Notes: generated by a model from the sequence alone, not told the origin. A stretch of DNA of 64,000 bases from an uncultured Nitrososphaeraceae archaeon (GCA_963825865.1 CAWGVG010000026.1:1-64000); one strand, 5' to 3'. Positions 1 to 11,910 are shown, counted from the first letter of the stretch. Numbers and translations are program-made.

Positions 1-22
1 TAATGAAACTTTTCAGATAATT

Positions 23-319
23 TCATTGATGATTAGACTCAGTACTAGTAGTCGTTCTTTTGTTATCTATAGAGTGATATGCTACAATAGGAACTGCATT
101 AATTGTTTCGTTTTTGTTGAATTTAGCCGGGCTGTTGACCAACTCAACAAATTTATCAAATATTTGGCTATCATTGTGCAAGTAGATGTCATCCAAAGCG
201 TTATGAGTTGTTTCTTTGATATCGTACCTATTTGCAATATTTAATATGCCATTATTAGAATATGTTTTACAGTCTGTCTGACTAAAATGTGCTGCTGATG
301 ATTCTTCCAACCATAGCAA
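23..319 (-). pseudogene. Polysaccharide deacetylase-related fragment
   Basis: PIVAYHSID matches the start of NodB-type deacetylase domains; ORF ends right after it. Confidence 0.5.
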
Positions 320-1547
320 TGTAAAAACATTACATCATTAACAAAACCCCCAATAGAAAGGTCATAGTACTTTGCAATTGTATTGATTACAGTTGCATTA
401 TTCCATCCTGCAAACACCCGTGTTTATTCAAATTAGGAAAAAGAAGACAAAATGAACAAGTCCTTATTTAGAAATAGAATTGTGGGAACGTGACGAACTT
501 TTATGTATTTTAAAATACGAACCATCCTCACTTATTTTATTTTGAAAGCTTGTATAAAACTGGCATGAACAAACTAATTACTAAAGCAATAACAACAACA
601 AGCTAATTACATCGAGTAGGCAGCTTGCATATGATATTTGTTTAATTGATTTTACAAATATTCTCTATATCAGTAGTCAAGCTACCTAGGAATTACAAAC
701 AAATCGTACCCAAAATCTGATACAACATCTCAATTATAAATTAAAGAAATCGTCATCTCTATCATTTACCAGCAGGCGTTTTAACCATCCACTTTTCTGT
801 CCTCAGTATGGATATCGATAAATCTCCTCAATCTGCAGATATATTTAATAAACTCATAGTAAGAAAGGACAAGGTCCCAATAAGACCACTGACTGAAGGA
901 AAATTAGAGTGATATGTATGTATGTAAGTTACTAATAAATGGTAACAAAGTTATGATTTTAGTCTTTGTGCTCATTTTAACCTGATGGCATAAGTGTATT
1001 GTGCCTTACAACATTTTCATTAAACTGGTGAAAATGGAAGTGAATGGGTTAGATCATATCCAACTATCCAAATAAATGATCTAAAGTATTAGACATAGCA
1101 TCTAAAGCATCAGACAGAGGATTCGAATGACCAAACTCTGAATCAATAACTCCTCCTCCATCATTACTGTTACTACTAGCGCTGCTAGTAGTAACTACAG
1201 AAAATCCTGTGCTACAAGAACTAGCAGTTAAGGAAAATAGTAAATGCACTTATAACATGGACTATCTTTCAAAAATTGTTAAAATACTTAGTTCTAGTAT
1301 GGGTAATATTACTTTAGATGTTTGCAATAATATATAGCGCATTTAATAAATGATTATCACAGAGGATATCAAAATTAGTTGGGACAACGATGGCAAATAA
1401 GATCTGTTATAGTTAGTAGGTGAAAAATGTGACTCAAAAGTTAATGCTAATTTCTAAGGCTAATTACCAGAACGTCGGATTTCAGTCTGTTGTGCTTATT
1501 ATCTAATGAAACTGTTATTAATTATTTTTTATAATATACAACAACAA

Positions 1548-2162
1548 ATGTCACTTGAACCAGATGATAATAATAGTAGTTATTCATCAGCAAATGCCAT
1601 AGCAATAGTAGGATTAAATCTTGCTCTATCGTATGAAAATGCAGCTGTTGATAGGCTGGAGAAAAGAGTGGCTGAAAGCATCATTCCAGAAGTTAAAGAA
1701 AAGATAAAACGCCATCTTGAGCATACTAAGCGACAGCAAGAAAGGCTAAAGGAGAGAATTAAGGCATTGGGAGGAGGAATGATGGAGCCTATATCTGAAA
1801 AAGGTCGATTACCCATACCTGAACCACCACAAAAGTTAAAGATCATGATTGAAAGTAATAGTTCAGACAAAGAAAGAGAAGTTTGGGAATCATTAAATGA
1901 TTTGATAATAGAAAGAGCGGAAGCTATTATGTATAAAGGTGGGATTCAAGCACTAGAGCTGCTCAAAGCAGATAAGAAGACTATCAAAGCATTAGAGAAG
2001 AATTTGAAAGAAGAAGAAGCATTTGGTGATTGGCTGGAGAAGAATAATCCAAAGATAGCAAAGAGATTAATGACTAAACAGATGCAGGAGAAAAAGCAGG
2101 GAAAGAAGAAGACAATGCAAGGAGAGAAAGAAGAGGAAGCCGTCTCAGCAACAGCTGCATAA
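1548..2162 (+). CDS. Ferritin-like domain protein (DUF892/YciE-YciF-like)
   Basis: LSYENAAVDRL, HLEHTKRQQERLKERIKALGG, IERAEAIMY and NLKEEEAF give the four-helix ferritin-like pattern; start taken at MSLEP. Confidence 0.75.
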   Translation: MSLEPDDNNSSYSSANAIAIVGLNLALSYENAAVDRLEKRVAESIIPEVKEKIKRHLEHTKRQQERLKERIKALGGGMMEPISEKGRLPIPEPPQKLKIMIESNSSDKEREVWESLNDLIIERAEAIMYKGGIQALELLKADKKTIKALEKNLKEEEAFGDWLEKNNPKIAKRLMTKQMQEKKQGKKKTMQGEKEEEAVSATAA

Positions 2163-2189
2163 AGATATCAAGGGTCAGAAAATTTCACC

Positions 2190-2294
2190 ATGCCTGATAG
2201 TATCGAGAATGTCTTAATACTTCAAGGGGGAGGTTCTTTAGGTGCCTTTGGCTGCAGAGTCTTCAAAACTGCATTCCATACAGGGCGTAATTAA
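2190..2294 (+). pseudogene. Patatin-like phospholipase N-terminal fragment
   Basis: Hand translation MPDSIENVLILQGGGSLGAFGCRVFKT, similar to the N-terminus of 23455..24642. Confidence 0.75.
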
Positions 2295-2626
2295 TAGTAA
2301 CATTACCCCCAAATCCTGCTCCTAACGCCAGTACTGGCATTGTAAGCTTAGCCATAGAATAATTCTCATTTTGAATTGCATCGTCTGGAAACGACTATTC
2401 TTCTTTGCTAAAGGATAGTCAAAAAATGGGGGGGGAAGCATAAAAAGTTCTTGTTGTCAGTCTTTATTTTGTATTTGGTTGTTGCTTGTGTTTCGTCTTT
2501 CCAGATTACTAATTTATTCTGCAAAATAAATGCACATTTTATTGTTTGATCAGGTCTTAATCCTTCCCAAAGTAAAACAAATTCGGCTTCTTCAAATTTC
2601 CTTTTTGGATTCCTAAAAGCAGTAGT

Positions 2627-2809
2627 ATTGCAGGAGATGATAACAATGCAAAAGCTATTGTATCGAAACTTATTGAGGATATAGGTTTTGCATCTGTAGA
2701 TACAGGTTCTCTTAGGCAAGGTGGTCGCAAGCAACAACCAGGTTCTCCAATCTATAACAATCCTATGACTGCTAAGGTAGCACATGAACGTGTTGCTGAA
2801 ATTGCTTAA
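2627..2809 (+). pseudogene. C-terminal fragment of an NADP oxidoreductase (F420-dependent/COG2085-like)
   Basis: Hand translation IAGDDNNAKAIVSKLIEDIGFASVDTGSLRQGGRKQQPGSPIYNNP; no N-terminus. Confidence 0.7.
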
Positions 2810-2954
2810 GAAAAAAAGAGGTCATTATATTATCCTGCATATAACAGCAGATAAGGTAACCCTTCTGGATAGTGGGTTCAAGAAAATAACAACTAGCTGT
2901 TAGAAAGCAATTCTGCATGTGTTAATTCGCCTGCAGCTGCTAACAGGTATAAGT

Positions 2955-3170
2955 TTATTTTTTCTCTTTTGATTTGATATCCCTCAACAACTTTTCAGCT
3001 TTATCCTGACCCAAGATCTCCTTTAGTTTTTCTCCTGATTTTGGTCCCTCCCAAGAATCCAGCAATTTGTTGACGTTATCTTTAGTATCTGGAGTAAAGT
3101 CCTTTATTGCATTGTCTATGACCTTTCTGTGGCCTCTATCCAGGTCCTTGGGCCTAAATACAGCAACCAT
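2955..3170 (-). CDS. Small hypothetical protein
   Basis: 71-aa ORF with ATG start and protein-like charged composition. Confidence 0.55.
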   Translation of the reverse strand: MVAVFRPKDLDRGHRKVIDNAIKDFTPDTKDNVNKLLDSWEGPKSGEKLKEILGQDKAEKLLRDIKSKEKK

Positions 3171-3672
3171 GATATATCGTATGTAGCTTGTTAATAATAA
3201 GGCATGTGGTGTTATTGTCGTATAAAATTCTGGACAATATTTTATCTAATTCTGGTAATATCTCGCCACACTTTTCAATTCCGGGCTTGCCCCATTTAAG
3301 ACATGGGCTGTAAAGTTGTTTTTGATGTTTTATTCTTTATATCATCAAATACTGCTCTAGCATCTGTTATTTCCCTGGGCTGACTTACCATACTGCTAAT
3401 CCAAAAAAGAGTAGTATCATCCATCAAATTCCATAGCCATTGCTAATGCCCAAATTCCATCTGTCCATTTCTAAAATGAATCATCATTTCTTAACTTTCT
3501 TATCTTTTTACATCTTGCAACGGTATAAGACATAATACATTTTAACCAAATTTTTTGTCATTTAAGAGAAATCAGTATTAATTTTTGATTATCATGAATA
3601 TTATGATAATGATAAATGCTATGGTGATGTTGATTAGATAAGAAAAATACCCTTGTAAATTGTGTTAAAGAT

Positions 3673-4239
3673 TTGTATAGGATGGGTTTTACATCACCAG
3701 TATCAGGTAACCATAGTATTAGAATACAAAACAAAAAATGGATGTGGATAACTCCTTCAGGAGTTCCACGTTACAATTTGCAAGAGAAAGATTTGGTCAA
3801 AGTTCATTTAGAAACCGGAAATACAGTTGGTAGACTGAAACCAAGCATAGAATGGTATATGCATGGTTCTATCTACAAAAAGTTAGGAAAAGTAAATGCA
3901 ATTGTACATACTCATAGTCCGTACACACTTGGTATTGCTATATCTGTATTAGATAAGTTCCAACAACACATAATAGAAGAAGCCAAGATAGTAGTAGGAA
4001 ATCCTATTATAATACCAAATAAACCATCAGGATCAACAGAATTGGCAAACATAGTTTCCGAAGCATTTGGACAGGGCAGCGGTAATACAAGAGCAGTTAT
4101 AATTAAAAATCACGGAGTTGTAACTGTTGGAAGCAATATTCATCAAGCACGTGCTGTTGTCGAAGCACTTGAAGAATGGGCTAAAATATTGACAATATCA
4201 AAAATTTTTGGTGGGCCAAAGTATGTACTTGATAAATAA
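3673..4239 (+). CDS. Class II aldolase/adducin family protein (FucA-like)
   Basis: SGNHS, ITPSG, KPSIEWYMH, HTHSPY and IIKNHGV metal-binding motifs; true start probably slightly upstream. Confidence 0.9.
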   Translation: MYRMGFTSPVSGNHSIRIQNKKWMWITPSGVPRYNLQEKDLVKVHLETGNTVGRLKPSIEWYMHGSIYKKLGKVNAIVHTHSPYTLGIAISVLDKFQQHIIEEAKIVVGNPIIIPNKPSGSTELANIVSEAFGQGSGNTRAVIIKNHGVVTVGSNIHQARAVVEALEEWAKILTISKIFGGPKYVLDK

Positions 4240-4531
4240 CAAAAGCTAGAAACAAGTCCAGAATTACAAAAACAAATGAACAACAATTTAGATAAGCTTA
4301 GAAGACAAAATCGCTTGATTCATTCAGATATTTTAAAACAACTTATAGACAAATTGGAATTATTAATAATTGATCAAGATATAATAAATGCATTAGGTTA
4401 TAAAATGTATATTGAACATTTGATATCTTTGGTACAACATATTTGAAGTCCTGTTGCATATACAGATTTCCAGTAAAGTGCTTGAAATGATGACTGTCTG
4501 ACTGCTGATTTAGGCTTGGCATACTTTAATT

Positions 4532-4903
4532 CTACTTAATAACAGCTCCAACGTCAACATCTTCTTCTTCTTCTGCAACAGTAAGAAATATTGGCCTTCC
4601 TTTAGGTCCATCGGCAGCAAGTAACATTCCATTTGAAACTATACCACCGATTTTTTTAGGTTCTAGATTTGTACAAACTACTACTACTTTACTAACTAAT
4701 TCTTCTGGTTTGTAGAATGGCGCAGCTCCGACAACCAAATCCCTTTGATCTGCTCCAATATCGACCCTTATCTTAAATACCTTTTTCATACCCGGTACAC
4801 CTTCTGCTTGGATAACTTTACCAATTTTCAAACGTACCTTTGAAAACTCCTCGTATGAAATGTAGTCTTCTTGTTCTCCTTGTTTTTGCTGGGATTTACT
4901 CAC
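4532..4903 (-). CDS. tRNA-binding OB-fold protein (CsaA/Trbp111/MetRS C-terminal-like)
   Basis: ISYEEFSKVRLKIGKV and VVCTNLEPKKIGGIVSNGMLLAA. Confidence 0.9.
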   Translation of the reverse strand: MSKSQQKQGEQEDYISYEEFSKVRLKIGKVIQAEGVPGMKKVFKIRVDIGADQRDLVVGAAPFYKPEELVSKVVVVCTNLEPKKIGGIVSNGMLLAADGPKGRPIFLTVAEEEEDVDVGAVIK

Positions 4904-5242
4904 AAGTTAAAGTTCATCAATAACCAGTTAAAATCATTTGTGCGTAATTTGTATGAGACTACCATTTAGTTGATAGGTCTGTAGACTTGAAGCAATAAAT
5001 TCTGGATCGACATTAACAGATGAAGCTGCTGATTTGCCCTAATAATGTCATTAGCCAATAATATGGTAATGCAACAGATTGTGTATTCATAATAATAATG
5101 ATCGTCTCCTCGCTCTTTTCAGACTAAATTGAACAAATATATAACAATCACTCATATGGGTCTGGGTCTAATCCCTTCGAATTTTCTATCAAGTTATCGA
5201 GTCCTCTTCTTCTAATAAGCAATCTATTTCATTTTTCTATAC

Positions 5243-5431
5243 CTATTTCATATTGACTCCTAACATTCCAGCATTTCGCCAATTCTCTTTTGAAACTTCA
5301 TAGGTCAAAATTCTAATCTTTTCCTCTTCAGTTTTCATAATCCTTGCTGTCTCTCTTGTCAATACTTTAACTAGTTCTGTTTTCTGTTCTACAGATCTTC
5401 CCTGGCTTATTGTAATTTGTATTACTGGCAT
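5243..5431 (-). CDS. 4-oxalocrotonate tautomerase family protein
   Basis: Catalytic Pro after Met (MPVIQI), GRSVEQK, ENW..G, 62 aa. Confidence 0.9.
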   Translation of the reverse strand: MPVIQITISQGRSVEQKTELVKVLTRETARIMKTEEEKIRILTYEVSKENWRNAGMLGVNMK

Positions 5432-5759
5432 AATAATTGTTAAGTGATCTCATATATGTTATTTATAATTTCAATACAATGAAAGGAAATCAGATATGAG
5501 ATATAAAATATTAAAAAAAGGTAATCAGTACGCCGACTAATGACGACCTCATCCTTATGAAATAGTCTTAATCGGCTCCGCTTTCAATATTTTTGCACAG
5601 ATCCAGTCATCGATACTTTCTCATTTCTTTAATAATGCTTTGTGGTTTTTCTCAGCTAAAGACGGACAAGCTGCACATAAAAAAATACGTTTAATTTTAC
5701 TCTATTTTGCAACAGGAGCTCCTTCAAATTCAAATCGCAGATGAGCTTAATAATTACAG

Positions 5760-6225
5760 ATGAATAATGATAACAATTTGTCTGAACAGAAAGTAAAGTT
5801 TTCTAAAATACTGATTGCAGCAGACGGTTCAGAAGCATCAATGGATGCAGCAGATTATGCTATTTTGACGGCTAGGAAATACAATTCTGAGCTTATTGCA
5901 TTGCATGTTATTCTATCGGATGTAACTCTATTTGGATCAGTTCCACCAAACCATATAAATGAAATAAAACAAGAAGCTCAAATGTATCTAGATAAAATAA
6001 AAGAAAAATCTTATGAAGACGGTAATAATAATAAAAAAGTTCAATTGAGAACAGAGTTAATTACGTCTACATCTGCTATCGATGGTATTGTATCCTTTGC
6101 TGAAAAGGAAAATATTGATTTAATTGTTATTGGAACAAGAGGAAGGCTTTAAGAAACTGCTGCTAGGAAGTATTGCATCTGGTGTTGTGACTTATGCTCA
6201 TTGTCCTGTAATGGTAGTAAAGTAG
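5760..6225 (+). CDS. Universal stress protein (UspA family), frameshifted near 6145
   Basis: KILIAADGSEAS...DLIVIGTRG, then in another frame GFKKLLLGSIASGVVTYAHCPVMVVK*. Confidence 0.85.
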
Positions 6226-6410
6226 CAGGACTTAAAAGCTAGCACTTGATGCAGTAAAGGGCCTTGAATTTTTGAGCTGCACGAATCGATTTTGGTGCAC
6301 TCACTGAACCTAATGTAGGTGAACCCCTTAACTACAAGGAATTAAATCCCACCCAGTCCACTAATCTAGTGTGGTAGAAGTACTCACATTTTCTGAACTC
6401 GTTTTGGAGA

Positions 6411-6550
6411 AATTGTTAACAATTTTGGGGCTGACCTGACTCAAAAATCTCAAATTGTTAACAAAAATGTTAACAAAAGTTTGTTAAATGTGAATTTTAT
6501 GTTAACAACTAGGATTTTATGTTAACAAGGAAAATTTTTTGTTAACAAAA
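6411..6550. repeat. Array of palindromic TGTTAACA sites
   Basis: Perfect copies at 6414, 6456, 6468, 6500, 6520 and 6540, plus a degenerate copy at 6482. Confidence 0.9.
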
Positions 6551-6602
6551 AACTAATTCTGAAATATTGGACTTACTTTTTATGTGTCACTAAAACTGTC
6601 AA

Positions 6603-6794
6603 TTACTTTATTTTCCAAAATAACCTATACCTCCCAATCTTCTTCCACTTGATATTTTTCTTAGTATTAACTAGCTCTAACAATGCCCCTTGAACTGTTT
6701 TTTGATTAAGATCAATTCTGTCTGCAATTTCATTTGGGGTCTCTGGTTCAGAACTTAGAGCATTGTACACCTTATCTAGAGTTTCTAAGGACAA
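6603..6794 (-). CDS. Small winged-helix DNA-binding protein
   Basis: TPNEIADRIDLNQKTVQGALLEL helix-turn-helix followed by a wing KWKKIGRYRLFW. Confidence 0.75.
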   Translation of the reverse strand: MSLETLDKVYNALSSEPETPNEIADRIDLNQKTVQGALLELVNTKKNIKWKKIGRYRLFWKIK

Positions 6795-7445
6795 TTTCTC
6801 GTGTCAGCAAACTACATAATACATCTAAGTATTAATACTTATAATCAGTACCTGATAATCCGAAATGCTTATATGGATACTTATACATAGGACTGATGGT
6901 CAGTACTATGAGTGTTAAAGAACATGGCTTGGACAAACAATCAGAGATAGTATCTTCTAAAACAAAGAGTGAATGAAAGACAATTGGTGTGAGAATCAAG
7001 TCGCAAATTGATTCAAAAGAACTGAGGGAAGAACGCCTTGCATCCCTTATTCCAGAAATGCGATAATTTAAAATTTGAATATATGCAAACTAAAGATATA
7101 GTTAATGTTCTTGAAAAAGGATCTGTATTAATAGAATTTGTTCGCTTTTCAATGTAATAAAAGTAATAATTTGTACTAAAGTATATGTGCCATATTGCAG
7201 GCTTATGCGCTTCCTTACTAACCACCAATTTGCAGGATAACTTGTGAAAAAATAATGGTCATACCTGTCTGGATCATAAACCGGAATACAGGTTCAGTTG
7301 AATTTGCATGCCATGTCCTATCAAATATACCGACTGCTTTGCTGCTTTTGGCCTGTCATTTTAACTACGATCGACTGCTGTCATTTTAAAATGTAAAATG
7401 TCAAAGAAAGAAAAAGTATAGGGAGACAATAAACAATTGACTCGT

Positions 7446-8369
7446 CTAATTAGAGTATTTCAGACCTGCCTCTAACTTGCGAATTCTATCAAGTATATTT
7501 GAATGGTCAGCTTCTACTTCTGTAGTTACATAAAGAAGAAGATCATTTCCAAACGGCATAGTAATGCGCTTGATCTTTTCATATTCTGCCAAAACGTACT
7601 TCCCTTTTCCAATCTTTGGTGCAAGTCGGCTGCGTGTTTTCCACGAATTCATAGCAAGATTAAGTGACTGTTTGCTTTCATCATCGTTGAGTAAATTCTT
7701 TATGCCTTGACGGTGGCGAGAGTACATAATTTTGCCATTTGTATCACATATAGTAACTAACCTAATATCTGGATCTATATTAATAATATCTACATAGTGT
7801 TGCTTTATTTTAAATTCTCTAATCCTTAATAGAGAGCTCATTATAAAACCGAATATTGCTCCCCATATCATATGGTATACAATTGCCATAAGTGCGATAT
7901 TCGTGGTTGAATGGCTCAAGTCCTCAGACAATATCGGCCGTTGTGATGCAATTGCTAGAACAACCACGATACGTTGATTGGAAGGTTGTATCAATAGAGT
8001 GGTTATAGGTAGAAATAAGACTAACCATATCACAATGCCTGCCCCTATACCAACCAAGATACTTTTATAGGGATTGAGCATACGAATTTTTCTCCATCTA
8101 ATCCCAACTGCACCAAGCACTGCTCCTAGTGCCGTCCCAGTAAGTAGATGAAGGCCAAATCCCAAGTATGCTGCAGTTGTAGCATTATTTAGCCCCAGGC
8201 TGATGCCTATAATAGAATAAAATGTACTTATTTGTAGGCGTAAAGCAATCTCGGATGCTGCAATAGCTGAAGATATTGACCAAGTTGCAATAAAACCAGC
8301 TAACGCTCCATATTTTGCTCCTTTGAATGTCACTATTAGTTTATTATTATTTTTGAGCTTTGAGATCAT
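7446..8369 (-). CDS. Multi-pass membrane protein with C-terminal DUF6659-like (roadblock/profilin-like) domain
   Basis: About four hydrophobic segments, then IDPDIRLVTICDTNGK...KIGKGKYVLAEYEKIKRITMP; domain shared with 11911..12417. Confidence 0.7.
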   Translation of the reverse strand: MISKLKNNNKLIVTFKGAKYGALAGFIATWSISSAIAASEIALRLQISTFYSIIGISLGLNNATTAAYLGFGLHLLTGTALGAVLGAVGIRWRKIRMLNPYKSILVGIGAGIVIWLVLFLPITTLLIQPSNQRIVVVLAIASQRPILSEDLSHSTTNIALMAIVYHMIWGAIFGFIMSSLLRIREFKIKQHYVDIINIDPDIRLVTICDTNGKIMYSRHRQGIKNLLNDDESKQSLNLAMNSWKTRSRLAPKIGKGKYVLAEYEKIKRITMPFGNDLLLYVTTEVEADHSNILDRIRKLEAGLKYSN

Positions 8370-8387
8370 GTAACTATCTTCCTTTTT

Positions 8388-8561
8388 TTACCACCTAGTG
8401 ATACTGACCACTAGAGTTTTTATTTGGTTGAACATACAACGCTTTATTTGTATATCATAGTCAATTTTACATGCTGTAAAATGCCATGCTAATTCAAACG
8501 CAAGATAGCAAATGGCTAGCCCAAGAAATGAGGATATATCTAAGTTTAATTGCTCTAACAT
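8388..8561 (-). CDS. Small membrane protein, probably co-transcribed with 7446..8369
   Basis: MLEQLNLDISSFLGLAICYLAFELAWHFTACK single TM; ends 18 bp before the downstream start. Confidence 0.45.
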   Translation of the reverse strand: MLEQLNLDISSFLGLAICYLAFELAWHFTACKIDYDIQIKRCMFNQIKTLVVSITRW

Positions 8562-8847
8562 AAGTATGAAGTAGCAATTAGACTGATATAAGATCTCTTG
8601 TTTAAAAACTAAACATCCAAAAAATAAAAAAGCTAATAATTTAATATCTGTTAAGTATAATAGATACAACAACCTATTAACATATCATGTGTAAAGTCAT
8701 TTCCCGAAATCTTATCAGGTTTCCTATTATAATATGTGTTTTACTTGGCAGTTTCAAAAAACCCATATTCTGGGACTGCTGTTTTAATCAGAAATTAATT
8801 AAAAACTATGCATTATTATATTAAATGCAAGTTAAATCCTGACTGAA

Positions 8848-9048
8848 TTTACTAGTGGAAATATTCAATCCGGCAGCTACACTGTTCAAGGCACAGAAAC
8901 AGTTGACAACCTATGTTTTGTCAGCACCACTGTTCCTGCTGCTATTACCATAAATGGACAATGTGGAACAGGAGTAACAATAAATTTCAGAGCCGCTAAT
9001 GGTCAGACAGCAACATTTGCTGGCAATGTAAATTGCGTCTCGTCTTAA
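8848..9048 (+). pseudogene. C-terminal fragment of a probable secreted beta-rich, Cys-containing protein
   Basis: FTSGNIQSGSYTVQGTETVDNLC...ITINGQCGTGVTINFRAANGQTATFAGNVNC*; no start. Confidence 0.5.
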
Positions 9049-9496
9049 TCAATACTGGAGATACACCAGTTGATGATGATAATATATGAGCACTCAGCAA
9101 ATAGATATCCAACTTTTCCTTTTCTTTTTGATATCAACATTTTAAAGTCATAATAACAATAAAAAAATTGTACTCATCTTTACAGGTTTGATATGTCTGC
9201 AGAGAATCTTGATATGTCTTTCTTGTCGTTCCCATAATCAATAACTTTTGGATATCTGTTGAACTGCCATTCAACAGGTGGAATACCCAGTTATTGTTGT
9301 TCTTTCCTCTTTGGAATAATAGTATCGAATACAGGATAAATGACATCTTACAGATAGGAGTAATGCGATTGCTTACATAACTGTTGATCTTTGTCCATAG
9401 ATACTATAGATCTATAGATACTATAGGTTTTACATGGTATTTAACACCATTAAAAGCCATTAGTTTATATTTCGACTTTGAATCAGTACCTGTGAC

Positions 9497-10045
9497 ATGT
9501 CTACAAGAAAAGAACAACGAAAAGATGAAGAGACAACTACAACAACCACATCTCCATCACAAGTCCAGCAAGAACAGCGACAATCTTTCAACAGAGCATT
9601 AGATGAAACTAAAGATAATATTAGAAGAGCAACAGATGAAGCAAGGAGAGATATTCCACGTTACACTCAAGCAGTTAATGAATATCATGAACAAACAATT
9701 CAAGCTGCAAGAGAGATAGCAGATAACTACCTAGAATCACAAAAGGAGATTATAAATTCATTGCAGTCAGCATGGCTCCCCCAGATAGAGGCGGCAAACA
9801 GAGTATTTACATCAAACTGGATGGTATCTCCAAGACATTTGGCTGACAACTATGCAAGGATAGTTAGCAGCTTTGCAGATAATACAGTAGCTGCAACTAG
9901 ACTAGTGAACAACACTATATTTGCAAACCTAGAAGCATTCAAGTCATCTGTTCAGAATGCAAAGGAGTTTTCTAGAATAAGTGTTAATGCGGCAAAAGCA
10001 TTTGGGGAAGCATCAAGAGATACCACAACACGTTTCTCTTACTAG
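9497..10045 (+). CDS. Amphipathic all-helical protein, possibly phasin-like
   Basis: Ala/Gln/Asn/Glu-rich helical sequence without TM segments or catalytic motifs; function is inference. Confidence 0.6.
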   Translation: MSTRKEQRKDEETTTTTTSPSQVQQEQRQSFNRALDETKDNIRRATDEARRDIPRYTQAVNEYHEQTIQAAREIADNYLESQKEIINSLQSAWLPQIEAANRVFTSNWMVSPRHLADNYARIVSSFADNTVAATRLVNNTIFANLEAFKSSVQNAKEFSRISVNAAKAFGEASRDTTTRFSY

Positions 10046-10397
10046 AAGTAGAAATAGAAATAATAATACAACATCCAAAAAAAGGTAGACACCCTTTCTG
10101 CTAATTAAATGAATGCAGCAAAGCACCAATATCTTTTTAATTTACTTTCACTTTAAATGTCGCTATTACAAATTACAATACTAATAGCTTTACTATAACA
10201 TAGTCAACGCCAAAAAACTAGATTGATATTGTCTTTTTCTCCATTATTGTCATTATCATATATAAGAAAGAGCTAAGAGACGACTCGCCAGTTAAATACA
10301 GCAAGTGTCCCTAACTCAATAAGCTCGTTCTTTGCAGGTTATTAATTTCGAATTACTGCTACCTTTATTACATGCCAATGATCAGATTTCGTAATGA

Positions 10398-11451
10398 ATG
10401 AAAACTGATCTTGTTATTGCAACAGGCATATTTGCTAGCTCATTAATATTATACCAAAATCAGAGTGCAATAGCACAACAACAACAACAACAGCAACAAT
10501 TACTCGGATCTAATAGTAGTAATCAAACGATATCTCCAGCTAAACAACAACAACAACTTTTTGCTTCAAAGGACATATCTTTTGATATCGATAACGTGAC
10601 CTTTTCACATCACATGGCATCTGTTAACGGTATCCAAATTCACTACGTGATAGGTGGCCAAGGAGATCCAGTAGTCTTGCTGCATGGTTGGCCACAGACA
10701 TGGTATGAATGGCGCCATATCATGCCGGCTTTGGCTAAAAATTATACTGTCATAGTGCCTGATCTAAGAGGACTTGGGGATTCTTCAAAGCCAGTTACGG
10801 GCTATGATGGCAAGACTAGATATTTACCAACTGGTATCTCAACTAGGATTCGACAAAATTTTCTTAGTGGCACATGATATAGGAGCGCAGACAGCTTATT
10901 CATATGCAGCAGCTCATCCTAACAATGTAACTAAATTAGTGATCATGGAATTTGCGTTTCCAGGATATTTGCCTCCGGGATTTGAGGGTATAACGTGGTG
11001 GTTTGGATTTCATCAAACACCCGATATACCAGAAATGCTTACTTTTGGAAAAGAGAAAGAGTATCTTTCCTGGTTTTATAAAGGCCTTGCATATAATCCC
11101 TACGCCATTACTCAGGCCGACATAGAGCAATTTGTAAGCCACTATTCTGCTCCGGGTGGTATGCGAGCTGGATTTGAGTATTATAGATCTTTTCCAATAG
11201 ATGCAAAGGAAAACAAAGAATCACTAGCCAAGGAAGGTAAGCTTCAAATGCCAGTACTTGCGTTAGGCGGTGATATCTATCCAGCTATAGGAGGTGATCT
11301 CCCTGGCAACTTTGCATTGAACTCAACACAACTATTAGCCGCAAATGTACGGGGCATCACAGTTCCACTTTCAGGACATTGGATTCCAGAAGAGCAGCCA
11401 GATTTTGTAGTAGACCAGCTATTCAAATTCTTTGGAAACAGTACTAAGTGA
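10398..11451 (+). CDS. Alpha/beta hydrolase (epoxide hydrolase-like) with N-terminal signal; frameshift near 10815
   Basis: LLHGWPQ, PDLRGLGDS, nucleophile AHDIGA and SGHWIPEE split over two ORFs. Confidence 0.9.
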
Positions 11452-11501
11452 ATGACACACAGGTATAGATATTATTATTATTTGTACAAAAGATCGCTTA
11501 C

Positions 11502-11738
<237 letters not shown>

Positions 11739-11910
11739 CTATAGCTATTATTATCTGTCTGTTATTTTGACATGCACCGACAATCTTGTGGCTATACAGA
11801 CTATCACTTCCTTGATGTGCTGTACATTCTGTTATTTATTGAATAATGTGATTATTGCGAACCAAGAGATCCATAAAACTCATTTATTGTACTTACTGCA
11901 TAATAACTTT

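Noticed and set aside
6411-6550. TGTTAACA array as a mini-CRISPR
   Set aside because: Units are only 8-15 bp with 12-42 bp spacing, which fits protein-binding sites rather than repeat-spacer units.
10470-10560. CAA microsatellites
   Set aside because: They encode poly-Gln linkers, which are common in the proteins of this window.
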